A stretch of DNA of 64,000 bases from Psammoneis japonica (Eukaryota), in the NCBI GenBank assembly GCA_008632985.1, contig QPGO01000005.1, forward strand, positions 579,607 to 643,606, in the 5' to 3' direction. The translations under genes were made by a program, and so were the position numbers. The notes beneath the pieces are model-generated. The model was not told the DNA's origin, ran no database searches, and saw only the letters and a program-made list of their open reading frames with translations. This document shows, one piece after another, positions 15,156 to 26,669 of the stretch. The stretch's first letter is position 1; each line of letters begins with the position of its first letter.

Positions 15156-18100
15156 GTGTCACCGCGCGCCTGCATTTTTCTGGTTGCTTCTCACGTGTCG
15201 TTTTATGGTTGTTTTGCACCAGGGCCTTCGGAACTTCTACAAAACTCAAGTGTTCGCCCGAGCATTCTCCGAGTGACAGTTTCTACTGGAACAAACTTGT
15301 CTTGGTTTGTTTTCACTGTGATGCTTGCTGTTTGTGCTTCTCAGCATCTGGAGCTGCCTCAGAGGCTGCCTCTGTTCATCCGCATCACTTTCGCGGCAAC
15401 TGATGTTGGCCCCCTCTCTGGAGTGCATTTGTCGTGCAAGCGGGAGCGCAGCTTGCTGTTTGACACTTTTCGGCATCTGGAACTGCCTTGGAGGCTGCCT
15501 CTGTTCATCTGCACCACTTTCGCGGCAACTGACGTTGGCCCCCTCTCTGGAGTGCATTTGTCGTACAAACAGGAGTGCAAAAGCAGTGCACTCGCCATGG
15601 ACACGTTGGCCAAAGTAGCCTCCCAGCAGCATCCCGTTGGTGGCAGTTCTCCTCAAGCTAACGATGACTCTTCCAGCACGTTGAAGGTTTCCTTTTGCAT
15701 CCAGTGTTGCGTCGAGGCACTCGCGGAACATCACCCACCGCAGGGCAAAGCCAAAACTTGGCACACTGTGCCTCTCCAAGATGCGGTTGATCCCCTTGAG
15801 TGCCCTCAAGGTCTTGTAGATTTGAGCATCTTGACCACAGAAGATCGTGGAACAAAGAAGACGAGCCCTCTCTTTCATGTTCTTCATCACAAGAATGGTT
15901 TGGATGGGTTCAACAGTGCCAAAAACACGGAGCACATTCCGCAACACTGTTGTCGATTGGTTTTGTGAAAAATTTAACTCCGAGAATCGACCGCAACCAA
16001 ACCAATGCATCAAGGACAAGAACCAGCACCTCTTGATGTTGGTTGTGGTGCCATCAGGAATGTCGATGAGGGACGCCGTGAAGGACAAGCAAAACATTGC
16101 TGCTGTTTTGATGCACCGTGTCAAGACAAACATTGGCCTGCTTGTTGATTACGTCCATGTGACAGAGTCTCTGGTTGTGTCAGTTGGGACGGGTGATGAG
16201 AGTCAATCGATCACACCGTCGAGTCAAGGCGCACGTCCTTTTTTGATTGGACTTGCCCAAGCCATTTGCTGTGGTGTTGTCAAGAAGATGGATGCATGTC
16301 TTCATTGTCAGAAGACTTTGAAGTCTCATTGCATGGGAGTGATGGGTTTTGAGGACATCACGGACACCATGAGTGATCGTTCCGATCTGGCGGACGTCCG
16401 CAAGCACTGGGGCTGGGATGATCTCATGATGAATGATCAAGGCAACACTGTTGCCCTGTGTGCAAAGGAGAGGATTGCTCCAATGAGCTCTGCAATTGTT
16501 TTGGCATTGCCTCATTCCAGCACCGAGCATCAGAACGTTGCAACAGAGATCCGCAAGGACGAAGACTGTTGGGAGGAACCGCTTGTTGAAGGAGGATGCA
16601 TTGCTGATCATTCGTGCATTGCCAAGCGCCGATTCCACTTGGCATCTTTGGTCAACATTCAAAACCTAGAATCGTGCGATGATGAAAAGTCGACCCAAGA
16701 TTTAAAGACGCATGCGTGGCTGCCTTTTGGCGAGGTCGTGTTTCAAAGTTGGCGGCGAATTGAGTCTCGAAAGGGGGTGAAGAACAATTTTGAAATGTTG
16801 GCTTTGAAGGGGTTGGACGTCAAGCTCAAATGTGAAACAAGATCTCCCGTTCTATCTGCAAAACAGCACTGGGGTTCAATCTGCAACCATCGCTCTGTTC
16901 CAAACGAAATCGCTCAGAGGAAGCAGGTGGACAAAAAGCCACGTCGAAAACCATGCATCAGCTACAAGAAGTTGAAGAAGCCCACTGTGGATCACAGCGA
17001 CAATTGTGTTTTTCATGACGAGCATTGCAAAAGGGAGAAGCTTGAACAGTCGGATGATGACATGCAGGAAGATCCCTGCATTCCCAAACTTCCCACCAAC
17101 GTGCCGTGCAAAGTGCTCATGAGTTGCACGAGTGGCTGCCGGAGGATTTTCTCATTTGGGCCATTCGACCCCGATGACAGACTGCCATCCAAGGCCTTGT
17201 TTGACATCATTGTAGGTTGGTGGCACAACCATGCATTGTGGATTGCCTCTGGTGGTGAACACAGAGGCAGCAGCACTTGTCCGCTGGACCAGTGGTGCAG
17301 GCCTTTCAAGCCGCAACGACACTCCGAGTTGGTGGAGGCCATCACTGAAGACAAACAAATGGTTGAAGTTAACTTCCCTGCCAGACCAAGCAGGAAGGAT
17401 TGTTTCAAAGAGCCGCTTGCTCACCTTGCTGATTGGTGCAAGGCAGCTCCTGGACTTGCATGGTGCAAGTTTTGCAGAAGGATTCGTTGCCATCGTCACA
17501 TGCATCACGCTGGTGCCCGTGATGCAGGGTTGAAGGAAGAGGTGGAGGAGGAGGAAGAGGAAGAGGGGAAGGAGGGCACTGAAGAGACGGATGACCTGCA
17601 AAAGGCCAAGGCTGGCACTGCAAGGTTGCAACTGCAAGACAAAAACCAGGAGGAGGAAGATGGGGCCATGGATCAATCGGCTGAGGAAGAGGAGGAAGAT
17701 GGGGCCATGGATCAATCGGCTGAGGAAGAGGAGGAAGATGGGGCCATGGATCAATTGGCGGAGGAAGAGGAGGAAGATGACGGTGTGCAAGACGAAATCC
17801 AGGAGGAGCAAGATCCAGAGGCAACTGAGGACGAGGAGGATGATGAATGCAAGGAAGAAGTTTCTGTGGCTGCAGAAGAGAAGAGGGAGAAATCCAAGAC
17901 TGCCAAAGAGAAGAGGGAGAAAGCCAAGGCAGCTCAAGAGAAGAGGGAGAAAGCCAAGGCTGCAAGAGACAAGAGGAAGAAAGCCCAGGCTGCAGAAGAG
18001 AAGCGGGAGACAGTGGGAGACGCTGGATGCAGACGTTCGCATGAGACCTTGAAATTGACGACTGGAGTGCACAAGGATGAGGATCTCATTGGCCTTCGCA

Positions 18101-19341
18101 GCTCTGTCCCAAAACCAAGGGCAAAAGGAGACACTTCATGGTGTCAGTTGACCAAAGCGCAGCAACACCAACAAGAAAGGGATCGACTCGAGCGTGAGTG
18201 CGAAGATGCTCAAGTGATGTTGCAGGTTAAAAAACTCATTTGGATTGATCCAAGTAAATGGAACAGCAGGCGTCAGCATCCTGGCGATTCCGAAGGAGAC
18301 GTTCCTCACTTGTTTGGTTGCTTTGAAGGGAAAAACAAGGGTGTCATGTTGTGTGAACCATGGTTTGACACGCGACACAATGAAATGAACGGCCATCCCA
18401 TGAACACACGTGCAGGCCTCATTTTACGTGCCAAACACAAACCAAATGTTCCCCAGCAACTCAATCGAAAATGCAGGGACAAGATTAAGAACAAGGTGGA
18501 ATCGATTTGCAACCCACCACAGATTGCCAAACTGAAGAGATTGACTGAAGCAGAGATTCAAAAACTTCCACCTGTTGGGCGGGGAGCTGATTTCATTGGT
18601 TGCAGCTTGGAGGGGAACCGTCCTGTGTGTGCAACCCTGGATTGGGCTGAGTGCAATTTTAAGTTTCAGTTTCCAGATGTGTGGAAAGATTTGAAAGAAT
18701 TGAAGCCATCGGATGGTTGTTGCTCCTTGCCGGAAGGAAACGTGTTGATGCCATCGAACAGCAACTTGCCGACGAGCGGTCCACCCGTGAAATTCCTGCA
18801 AGGACAAAACGACACTTGCGTTTTTTCCTCCCTGGCCAGTGTTCTTGATCATGCTGGCAACGTGGAAATGAGAGACTGCATTGCTTCTCACATTCAAACA
18901 TCCACCAACTGTGCTGACACCAACAACAAGCGCATGTTGTTTGCAAAGAACATGTTGGACAGTCGTTTGAAGGGAAAATTCCCGCCTGAGAACTCAAACA
19001 TGAAGTTTTGCGGCAGTGTGGATCGAACGATTTCCCTTGCAGCAGGTGATGAATTTGACGTGACGACCTGCAATGATGACTTCATGACTTTGTGCCGTCT
19101 TGTGAACAACCACTGCATTGCCTTGCACCGTGGATGGATCTTTGATTCCAACCACCCTTTTGCATTGCCAGCAAAGGACATTGAGTGTTTCAATTGGTGT
19201 CTTGGGAATGAGGAACATGAGGTGAAACACGTGGCAAAAAAGCGTCTGCAACAAGTGTTCATGGTGCACCAGTTCGAACTTCCCAGGGCGGTGCAGCAGA
19301 AGTTGCATGCAAAAAGGAAAGCTTTTGTGTTGGATGGTTGA
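15156..19341 (+). CDS. Transposon accessory ORF (>1100 aa): acidic and lysine-rich repeats, C-terminal putative papain-like Cys-protease domain
   Basis: The 1164-aa ORF 15847-19341, with an upstream ORF 15156-15968 in another frame. The C-terminus Q.QNDTCVFSSLAS...NNHCIAL..GWIFDSN resembles a Cys-His-Asp arrangement. Only 2 Tyr in 1164 aa. Confidence 0.55.
15344..15575 (+). repeat. Tandem duplication, 129-bp period, 2 copies
   Basis: gcatctgga.ctgcct..gaggctgcctctgttcat...gagtgcatttgtcgt(g/a)caa occurs twice. Confidence 0.9.
17650..18010 (+). repeat. Coding tandem repeats: 39-bp x3 (EEEEDGAMDQSAE) and 30-bp x~5 (EKREKAKAA)
   Basis: Visible in both the DNA and the translation of ORF 15847-19341. 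Confidence 0.9.
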
Positions 19342-19364
19342 TCTAGTTGCATGACATTGCCGTT

Positions 19365-22300
19365 TCATTTGTCAGAATTGTCACTGTCACTGTCCCCTGC
19401 CGCGCTCTCATCATCCTCCACAGTGTCTTCCATGTCGTCATTCTCTCCCCCCCACTCACCAGTTTCGATGTCTTGTTCCTCCACCTCGTCCAAACAGTCC
19501 TCAAAACAATCCATTGCCTCCCGCTGTCGGATGGCATCCAGAATTCTTTCATGCTCGTCATCCCTCAAATGATGTGGATGAAGAAGTGAAGCCTCATTCC
19601 TGTTGCACGCACTTGGCAGCTCCAGATTGGCTGATGGTTCATTGAGCTCAGTGTTGGCAATTGCAATTTGCTTGAGCAACACTCTTGTCTTACATTCCTC
19701 AGCATCACCAGGAGTGTGCCATCCTCTGGCCCGTGGAACAGGGTTAAGATGCATTCCCTTGCAAACCCATTCACCGGCCTTGACAGTTGTGGGCGGGTCA
19801 AACTCTTTCCAAACCTCATCCTCCTGTGCTTTGTGGGGGAGTTCATCCCATTGCAGCAGATGGAGTCCCTCCTCAGATTCACAAGACAAAGCGGCATGGC
19901 TGTTTGGAACAATTTCCTTGGCCATTTCCTCAGTCAGGAAGTCCAACACAGATTTGCAAACCAGCTGCACCTTGTTGGCGTCACTCTTGTCTGTTTGAAT
20001 CACCTGACACACTTGCCAATCGTTCAGCCCCTCAAAGATGGGCCACAGTTTGCAAGCTCGGTTGCCACCTGCACATCGTGGCTGCTCTGTTGGCTCACCA
20101 TTTTTAACCCAAGGCCATTTCAGCTGATTCAGGCAGGCTTCACAAGCACAAGGAATTCTTCGCATCGCAGCCCAACCAATGGGGAAAAGAGGTTCAAATC
20201 AGAAATGGTGCAAGGCTCCAATGCCACAATGGCGCGTGCACACTTGCACCAATCCAGTCAACTTGACTTTGATTGAAGAGCCAAGAACTTTGTCAGCTTC
20301 CTGCAGACAATGCACCCTTTGCATTGACTTTCGAAGGGATTCCCTCTTGGCATGTTTTCTGTCACCAACTGTGCCGAAAGCATTCTTGTTCTTTGTGAGC
20401 ATTTTGTGACATTCCTTTGCACAACTGTGTGCGGCTACAACACTGTTGTCATCCATGACCAAAGCTTCAGGTCTAATTTTCCCATCCTTGTCATTGACTC
20501 CTGCAACAGTTGTGGACTGCATTTCTTGACGTGTGAGTGATTTGATGTGGGCTCCAATGCCATCAACCTCTCCTTTGCCATGTCCAGGTGCTCCAATGGC
20601 GCGGTCAAACACAATGTTGCATTTGTGCGCAAAGACAGACAACAAGTGCAGTGCCAAAGCACATCGGCATTGTTTGGCACAACCATCAGTGTGATCCCAA
20701 ATCACAAGCCACGCCTTGTGCAGGTTGCGGTTTTTTAACCAGGTGACAAACTTTTACAAGTGAGCATTGGTGGTGGTGGCATCTTGCTTGGAAGAGTCAG
20801 AGAGATGTGCATGATGTGTTTTCTGAAGCTCATTGTCAACCATTGCATTGCAAACTCTTCCTTCGATTGACAATGTTCGGTTGTTGCCATGATGGTCACC
20901 CTGAACTTGTTTGTTGAACTCTGCCTTCTGACGCTCGGAGCAGTCATGAGACGTGAACAGGCTGTTGGGTGTTGACTCAAATGCTTTGCGACGCATTTCC
21001 ATGCAATGATTTTTCCCAAGAATGACCACGTGGGGAAGGTGGCAGCGGAGCTTCTCTAAACTTGGAATGCAGTGCTCTTTCACAAAGACACTGACTGGTT
21101 TTTGGAACCTTGTCAACAAGGTCCTACATTTCACCTTTGCGTCCTTGTTCCCGTCTGGATCTGCCTCACAAACAGGACATGCTTCCATGTGCACACCATG
21201 CTTGGAACAACTTTTTACAGTCAAGTGACATTGAAACAAAACTTGGGGCGCACTGGGACTTTCATTCTGTTCCAACAATGGAGTTGGACAGGATGGGCAA
21301 TGCTCGCATTCACCCAAAATGCATTTCCAATGAGGATGATCCTGACCATTGACACTTGCCACAAATGATGGTTGCAACTGCATCTTGGGCTTCAGGATGA
21401 AGGTGATGGCCGTTGGGGCCAAACGCTTCCTCTTGACAGACACGCATTGTTTCCTCCAATTTGCCAAGGGCACTGTCATGGTTCTCCAAGTTCTCAGGAT
21501 CCTCACTCGCAAGCTTCAACCGATTTTGCTGCACCTCCATCTCTTTTAAAAGCTTCCTTCGAAACCTGTTCAATGCATCTTGTAGAAAATTGGCATTGGT
21601 GCAATCGCTGCATTGACACATGCTGCGTTGACTTGCGCTCATTTTTTGACACTGCTTGGGAATCAAAAATCGAAACATCATGTCACCAATGAGGGTCTTG
21701 CCATTGGCATCACGTGCATGTTCGAATCCGCCAACAGACACAGGCTTCAACATGTCGTTGTGCAGCTCACGCATGGACACATTGCGCAGCCATTTGTTCA
21801 CTCGTTTCTTGTTTCCATCTTCATCTTTAATGAGAGTCATGTCTCGTGTGTTGGGAGACTGCACTGTGTCGGGATGATTTGACAACCAGTGCACAAATGC
21901 CTTTCGGATCTCAGGGGAAACTTTGTGAGGACGCCGACGGGGTTGCACTGAAGACCACATGACATCATCAGTGTTTGAAAGCAATGCCTCTCTGGCAATC
22001 TTTCCCTTCTTCATTTGGTGACAAACAGTGCTCCGTCTCAGGCCAAGTGCCTTGGCGCAGTCATGGGAAGACAACTTTTCCTCTTCAGCAGATTTTTCTG
22101 GTGAACCGGAGATTCCAGTTGCAAGAGCACGGACAAACGATTTTTTGTCGTCGGTGAGGTGTTGACCATTGCTGGTGTCGTTGGCACATGCCCACATTTT
22201 GCCCAACTGCTTGGTGATTTGCAAAGCCCCAGCATTTGTTTTCGGCAATGTCAAATTGCAAGCCTGAAGAAATGGGGCCATTTCGGGAAAATGCAAAGCA

Positions 22301-23162
22301 TGCACAAATGCACAGATTTGTTGTTCTTGAGTGGTGGCGCAAGACAACACTCCTTCTCTCACTTTGACCGCTGCACAACAAAGTGCCTGTTGGGGATCTT
22401 TGTGGGTTGCTTCGAATGCATGAGGATTAAAAGTGGGGCAACCTTGGGAGGCGGTGAGGTTGACAGCAGTTGGGTTGGCCGAAGCGACAGAGGGAGTGAC
22501 GGCGGCATTGTCAGAGTCAGGGTTGGAGGGAGTGGTGGCCGCTCCTGCAGTTTGCATTTGGGAGGGGCCTGGCAGTCTTGGCAAGGACGACCCTGGACAA
22601 TGAGTGGGGTGTTCCTTGGAGGGCTTCGGGTTGAAAGCAACCAGGTCGGTGGGAGCAACGGAGGGAGTGACGGCAGCATTGTCAGAGTCAGGGTTGGAGG
22701 GAGTGGCGGCCGCTCCTGCAGTGTGCATTTGGGAGGGGCCTGGCGGTCTTGGCAAGGACGACACTGGACAATGAGTGAGGTGTTCTGTGGAGGGGTTTGG
22801 GTTGAAAGCAGCCAGGTCGGTGGGAGCAACGGAGGGAGTGACGGAGGCAGCAGAGCCGGGTTGTTCGGATTGAAGGGAGTGGCTGCAGCTGCTTCAGCTG
22901 CAGCAATGACATGGTCGGAGACCGTGGAGTGTGTTTCAAGTTCACAACGAGGCTTCTTGTTTTTGCTGTTGCCAGTCCCTGACTTGTGTCGACAGCCAAC
23001 TCCATTTTGCTTCTTCCTCTTGTTGCCTGTGGTGCACTGGAAATTTGATTGAAAGTGTGCATTGAGAGGGCTGGTGGATGAGACGGATGGCAAGTCGAGA
23101 GGACACATTTTTTTGGCGCGCTTAATCAAATTAACTGCATTGTGTCTGTAGAAATGAGGCAT
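19365..23162 (-). pseudogene. Sola2-like DDD transposase, fragmented by frameshifts/stops and Tyr->Cys/His changes
   Basis: Successive ORFs carry HDCSE..Q.DHH, HLSDSSKQD, DHTDGCAKQCRC and APGHGKGEVDG. These match the D(F/Y)SE / SD..HD / DGC..QY / HGK...DG signature I associate with Sola2-type transposases. Also MCQCSDC and RRIPCACEAC Cys motifs. Confidence 0.7.
22480..22850 (-). repeat. ~180-bp tandem repeat in the transposase N-terminal region
   Basis: SSLPR.PGPSQM.TAGAA.TPSNPDSDNAAVTPSVA occurs twice plus a partial third copy. Confidence 0.85.
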
Positions 23163-23430
23163 GTTCGGACGTCAGTTGAGTTGAAGAAGACCAAACACAC
23201 GAGCTCCGAAAAATGAAAAAGTGAGTGATCACGAGCATTTTTCACGTAGAATGGGACACCAGCCGAAAATCACATTTAGCACAATTAACTCCTTCATTTT
23301 TGATCATTTCGAAAATCGAAAGGTGAGTGTACACCCGAAAACACATGTAAAGTGTGCACTTGCCCTTCGATTTGGCAAAAAACGGATTTTGAAAAAGTTG
23401 TTTGCGGAGCACCTGGAGCTGGAACAGGCC

Positions 23431-26400
23431 ACCACCACTGTGAAACAAGCCGCTGAAAAAACAAGTTTCATGGCTGTGCCACATTGCCAAAACAATGGCC
23501 GGTCTCTTTTCAATCACATTTGACCCACAGACACTCCTTTTCCGAGATCCTCCACAGCTTCTGATGGAGCATGCACTTGGTTTGGTCAAGGACAAATCAA
23601 GTGGGTTGGGCCCAGGCCATTGCAGATCAGGGGAAGGTGTGTCAGGGCACCAATTGTGTGTGCATGTGGGACAGCACACACATGAACTGTCACCTGCAAA
23701 CAGACTCCTGCAGATGACAGACAGTTTGGATGGTTGCAGAGCAGATCCTCGCGGATCTCCTCACTCTTTTTGGTGCACCAGTGCCTCATGTTTGCCGCGA
23801 TCTTAGTGTGAGCACCCCCAGCTTGCCGCAGCTTGCTGTTGGCACAAGCGCTGCCTCTGGTGTCAATTCTAAGAGGCACAGCTCTGAAACCATTGATGAA
23901 AGGTGCAGACATTCAGCGTCAATTTTGATGATGGGGGAAAGCATGGAAGATCATTGCACATGTCACATCCCCTTCCCCCTCCCCTCCTCATTTCTCTTGT
24001 CCTTTTGTTCAGCCATGAACATTTGAGAAACTGAGCAGGAGGGTGGATGAACTTGGGGCTTGTTGCACTCCACACTCATGTTGCATTGAACAATGTTTTT
24101 TTGTTTGACACACCAACCTGGGGGAACAAGTCTCCAGGCAGCTCCTGTTGGCCAAAAAAAGTCTGAGCATCCGTGTGGCTGTTTGGGGGTTTTGCCAGTG
24201 CAATTTTTACGTGCAGCTGGCTGGAGACTTCCCCCAAACTGGGAAATTGGTTTTGAATGCAATTGTTTTGTGTTCAGTCTTGTTTCTTTGCTCCTTCGCC
24301 AAAGTGGTGTCAACTCATGGAACACAAACAGCAGAGTGAAAGCATCACTGACAAATGAGGGAGAAAGAGAAAACAGATTGCTCTGACAGTGGAAAGAAAC
24401 AAGTTGTGGCCAATGAATGGAAAATGCATGATGGGGAAAAACAAGAACAAAGAAAACAGTGTCTCCTGCTCCAGGTGAAGGTGACCTCAAAGCACAACAA
24501 ACAACTGATGTTGCAGTGGAATGCACCCCTGCAAAGGGCAGCAATGAATCCAAGGATGATGAAGGAAACTGTGTGGGTGACCTGCTCCACCTGATGCAAT
24601 GGAAATGACACTGAGTGGTTCTTGCAATTTGTGCCCTGGCTGCCCTTGGCAGCAGTTGTTGTGATGGCTGTGTTGCTGTCACAGGCCAACCATGATGGGG
24701 CCTCTGACTCCACTTCCCAGATCAACAATGACTCTGAATCATGCAATGTGGCCTTTGGAGTTTGCAACCCTGAGACGAACAAAGGTTGTGATGATTGAAG
24801 CACTTGCACCCACCATCAGCCATCATCTGAACACAGTGCATCAAGTGTGCAAGGTGGATGAGAAACAACAGTGAGCACCAGTTGCATGTGCTGAAACAAC
24901 ATGGCATTGCCGTTGCCAACTCCAAAAGCATCTTGGATTGTTTGATTTCAAAATGCAGTCTCCTCACTTCTGTCAACTGCTTCCACTTGTTGAGTCACTT
25001 GTGGAGAGAGCAGTCATGTGTTGAGTCACTTGCAGAGAGAGTCAGATGGCTGCACTGTCAAGTTGAACCCAACAGAGTTCAGAGTTTAGAGCATGCCAAA
25101 TCTCTTCAATGAAGACTTCAGAGCAGCTTTGGTGTCTGAGCAGAGCTGCAGAAGTGTTGCTCAGTGATGGCACACTTCTGGCGCAAGTCAAACCATGCTC
25201 ATGACCAAAAAGCATCTCACCTGATGATCCCAAACAGACACACTGTGTCATCACTCACCTTGCTCAGAGTGTGGCTCATGACCCCCTCCTGTCCTTGCAT
25301 TGCACCACTGAGGAAGGAGACCAAAGAGGCTGCCAAGATCAGCACAAGCCTCGCACTCCACAAACTGACACCTTCTTGGAACAACTCAACATTGAGATGG
25401 ATCTTCTGGCAAAGCCAAGGTGTGCTGGGAATCTCTTTGTTGTCTCACTCCCCCCAAACTGAGCCCCACATTTCTCTTGAGATGCAACAGGAGAGTGCGT
25501 GGGCTGTCAAACCACATGGAAAACAGCAGCTGCTTGGGACAAACAGGCAATTTTGGAGATCACAACTCCAGGTCACTTGCAGCACAATGTTGGCTTCAAC
25601 CAAACCTTGACTTCTCCTTCATCCACATGAATGATTGGATGTGTGCTGGGACAAGCTGGTGCACAGCACTGCTCAATCTTCTGACAATTGCAGCAACCAC
25701 AGCTGGCTGCTGGATTTGTCCTTGCCAACAAAAGCTGGTGCCGTCAATGGCAGACACTTGAGAGCCCCACTTGCCTTCAACAATCAGGTGTCAAATGCAA
25801 AGATGACAAAGATCATGGTCTTGGATGCCAAGCCTGTTCAGCACAGGAGATCTGGACAGTTGAGAGTTGTTGCAAAACCCAAAAAATGACTGGAAGTAAC
25901 CAGCTTGCCCACCCTGGTGTGCACAATGGCCTTCTCTGCTTGATCCAGTCATGGCATGATGAGAAACCCACTTTTCTCTTGAGGGCAGAACATTGCCACA
26001 TCAAAGAAGCTTTCACAACCCAGGCATCTCTTGGCAGCAGCTCCTCACTCCAATGTTTCCTGTTTCAGCATGAATGCTGCAAATTCTTCAAGTGCAGGAA
26101 CACAGGTTTGTGTTGGGTCTTTGGCTTGATTCAACAGCTGTGGACCATTGTGTGGGATGTGTGGCATCACCCGAATCATGCAGAATCCGAAACTTCTGAA
26201 TCTCGCCTCACCACCATGTTCTGGACAGTCACATTGGGAGAGAGTTTGCTTGCTTTCCCAATCACCCCACCCCAGCTCCACCTCACTTGACAGTTCACTG
26301 GGTTGATGGAATCTGCACAATGTAGATTTCAAATGACTGTGGCTGGAGGCAGTGACAGGGACAAAAGAAGCGGCTGCTTTCCCAACACTAATTGAAGCCC

Positions 26401-26569
26401 TTCACCAACACCATGGCGAATGCATTCATTTGTACAGTGTTTTCCGCATTTGTTTGTGACACTTGGAAGCTCTAACCCTGTCCATAGTTGGGATTGAAAG
26501 GACACTCAGCTAATCTTATCATAGGCTAAAAAGAGCTTTGTCATTTTAGGATTGAATTGAATCGAATTG
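23431..26569 (+). mobile_element. Degenerate non-LTR retrotransposon (LINE) remnant(s) ending in an (ATTGA)n-like tail
   Basis: WVFGLIQQLWTIVWDVWHH.N (~26110-26175) matches the LW...W..W..RN motif of LINE C-termini. The tail attgaattgaatcgaattg is at 26551-26569. Strong TA and CG depletion. Confidence 0.6.
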
Positions 26570-26669
26570 CCAAACTGCTCTTAACGTGTTCTTTAGTATA
26601 ACGCCATGGCTCGGAAGCAGTCGACCAAGAGTCAGCAACACCCAATTGGAACATACCTGCACTCTTGGC

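Larger units (their letters stand above)
14624..23430. mobile_element. 8.8-kb DNA transposon, Sola-like (DDD transposase plus a second large ORF)
   Basis: Perfect 27-bp TIRs: GGCCTGTTCCAGCTCCAGGTGCTCCGC at 14624-14650 and its reverse complement at 23404-23430. A 4-bp direct repeat ACCA lies on both sides (14620-14623, 23431-23434). Two convergent ORFs inside. Confidence 0.9.

Noticed and set aside
15847..23162. Alternative genetic code or foreign/viral insert
   Set aside because: TA is missing in all codon positions and in non-coding DNA, across unrelated TE classes. This points to mutation rather than recoding.
14285..26332. Dozens of short Cys/His-rich ORFs that look like zinc fingers or metallothioneins
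   Set aside because: Explained by loss of TA (Tyr->Cys/His, missing TAA/TAG). Only the two TE reading frames have recognisable motifs.
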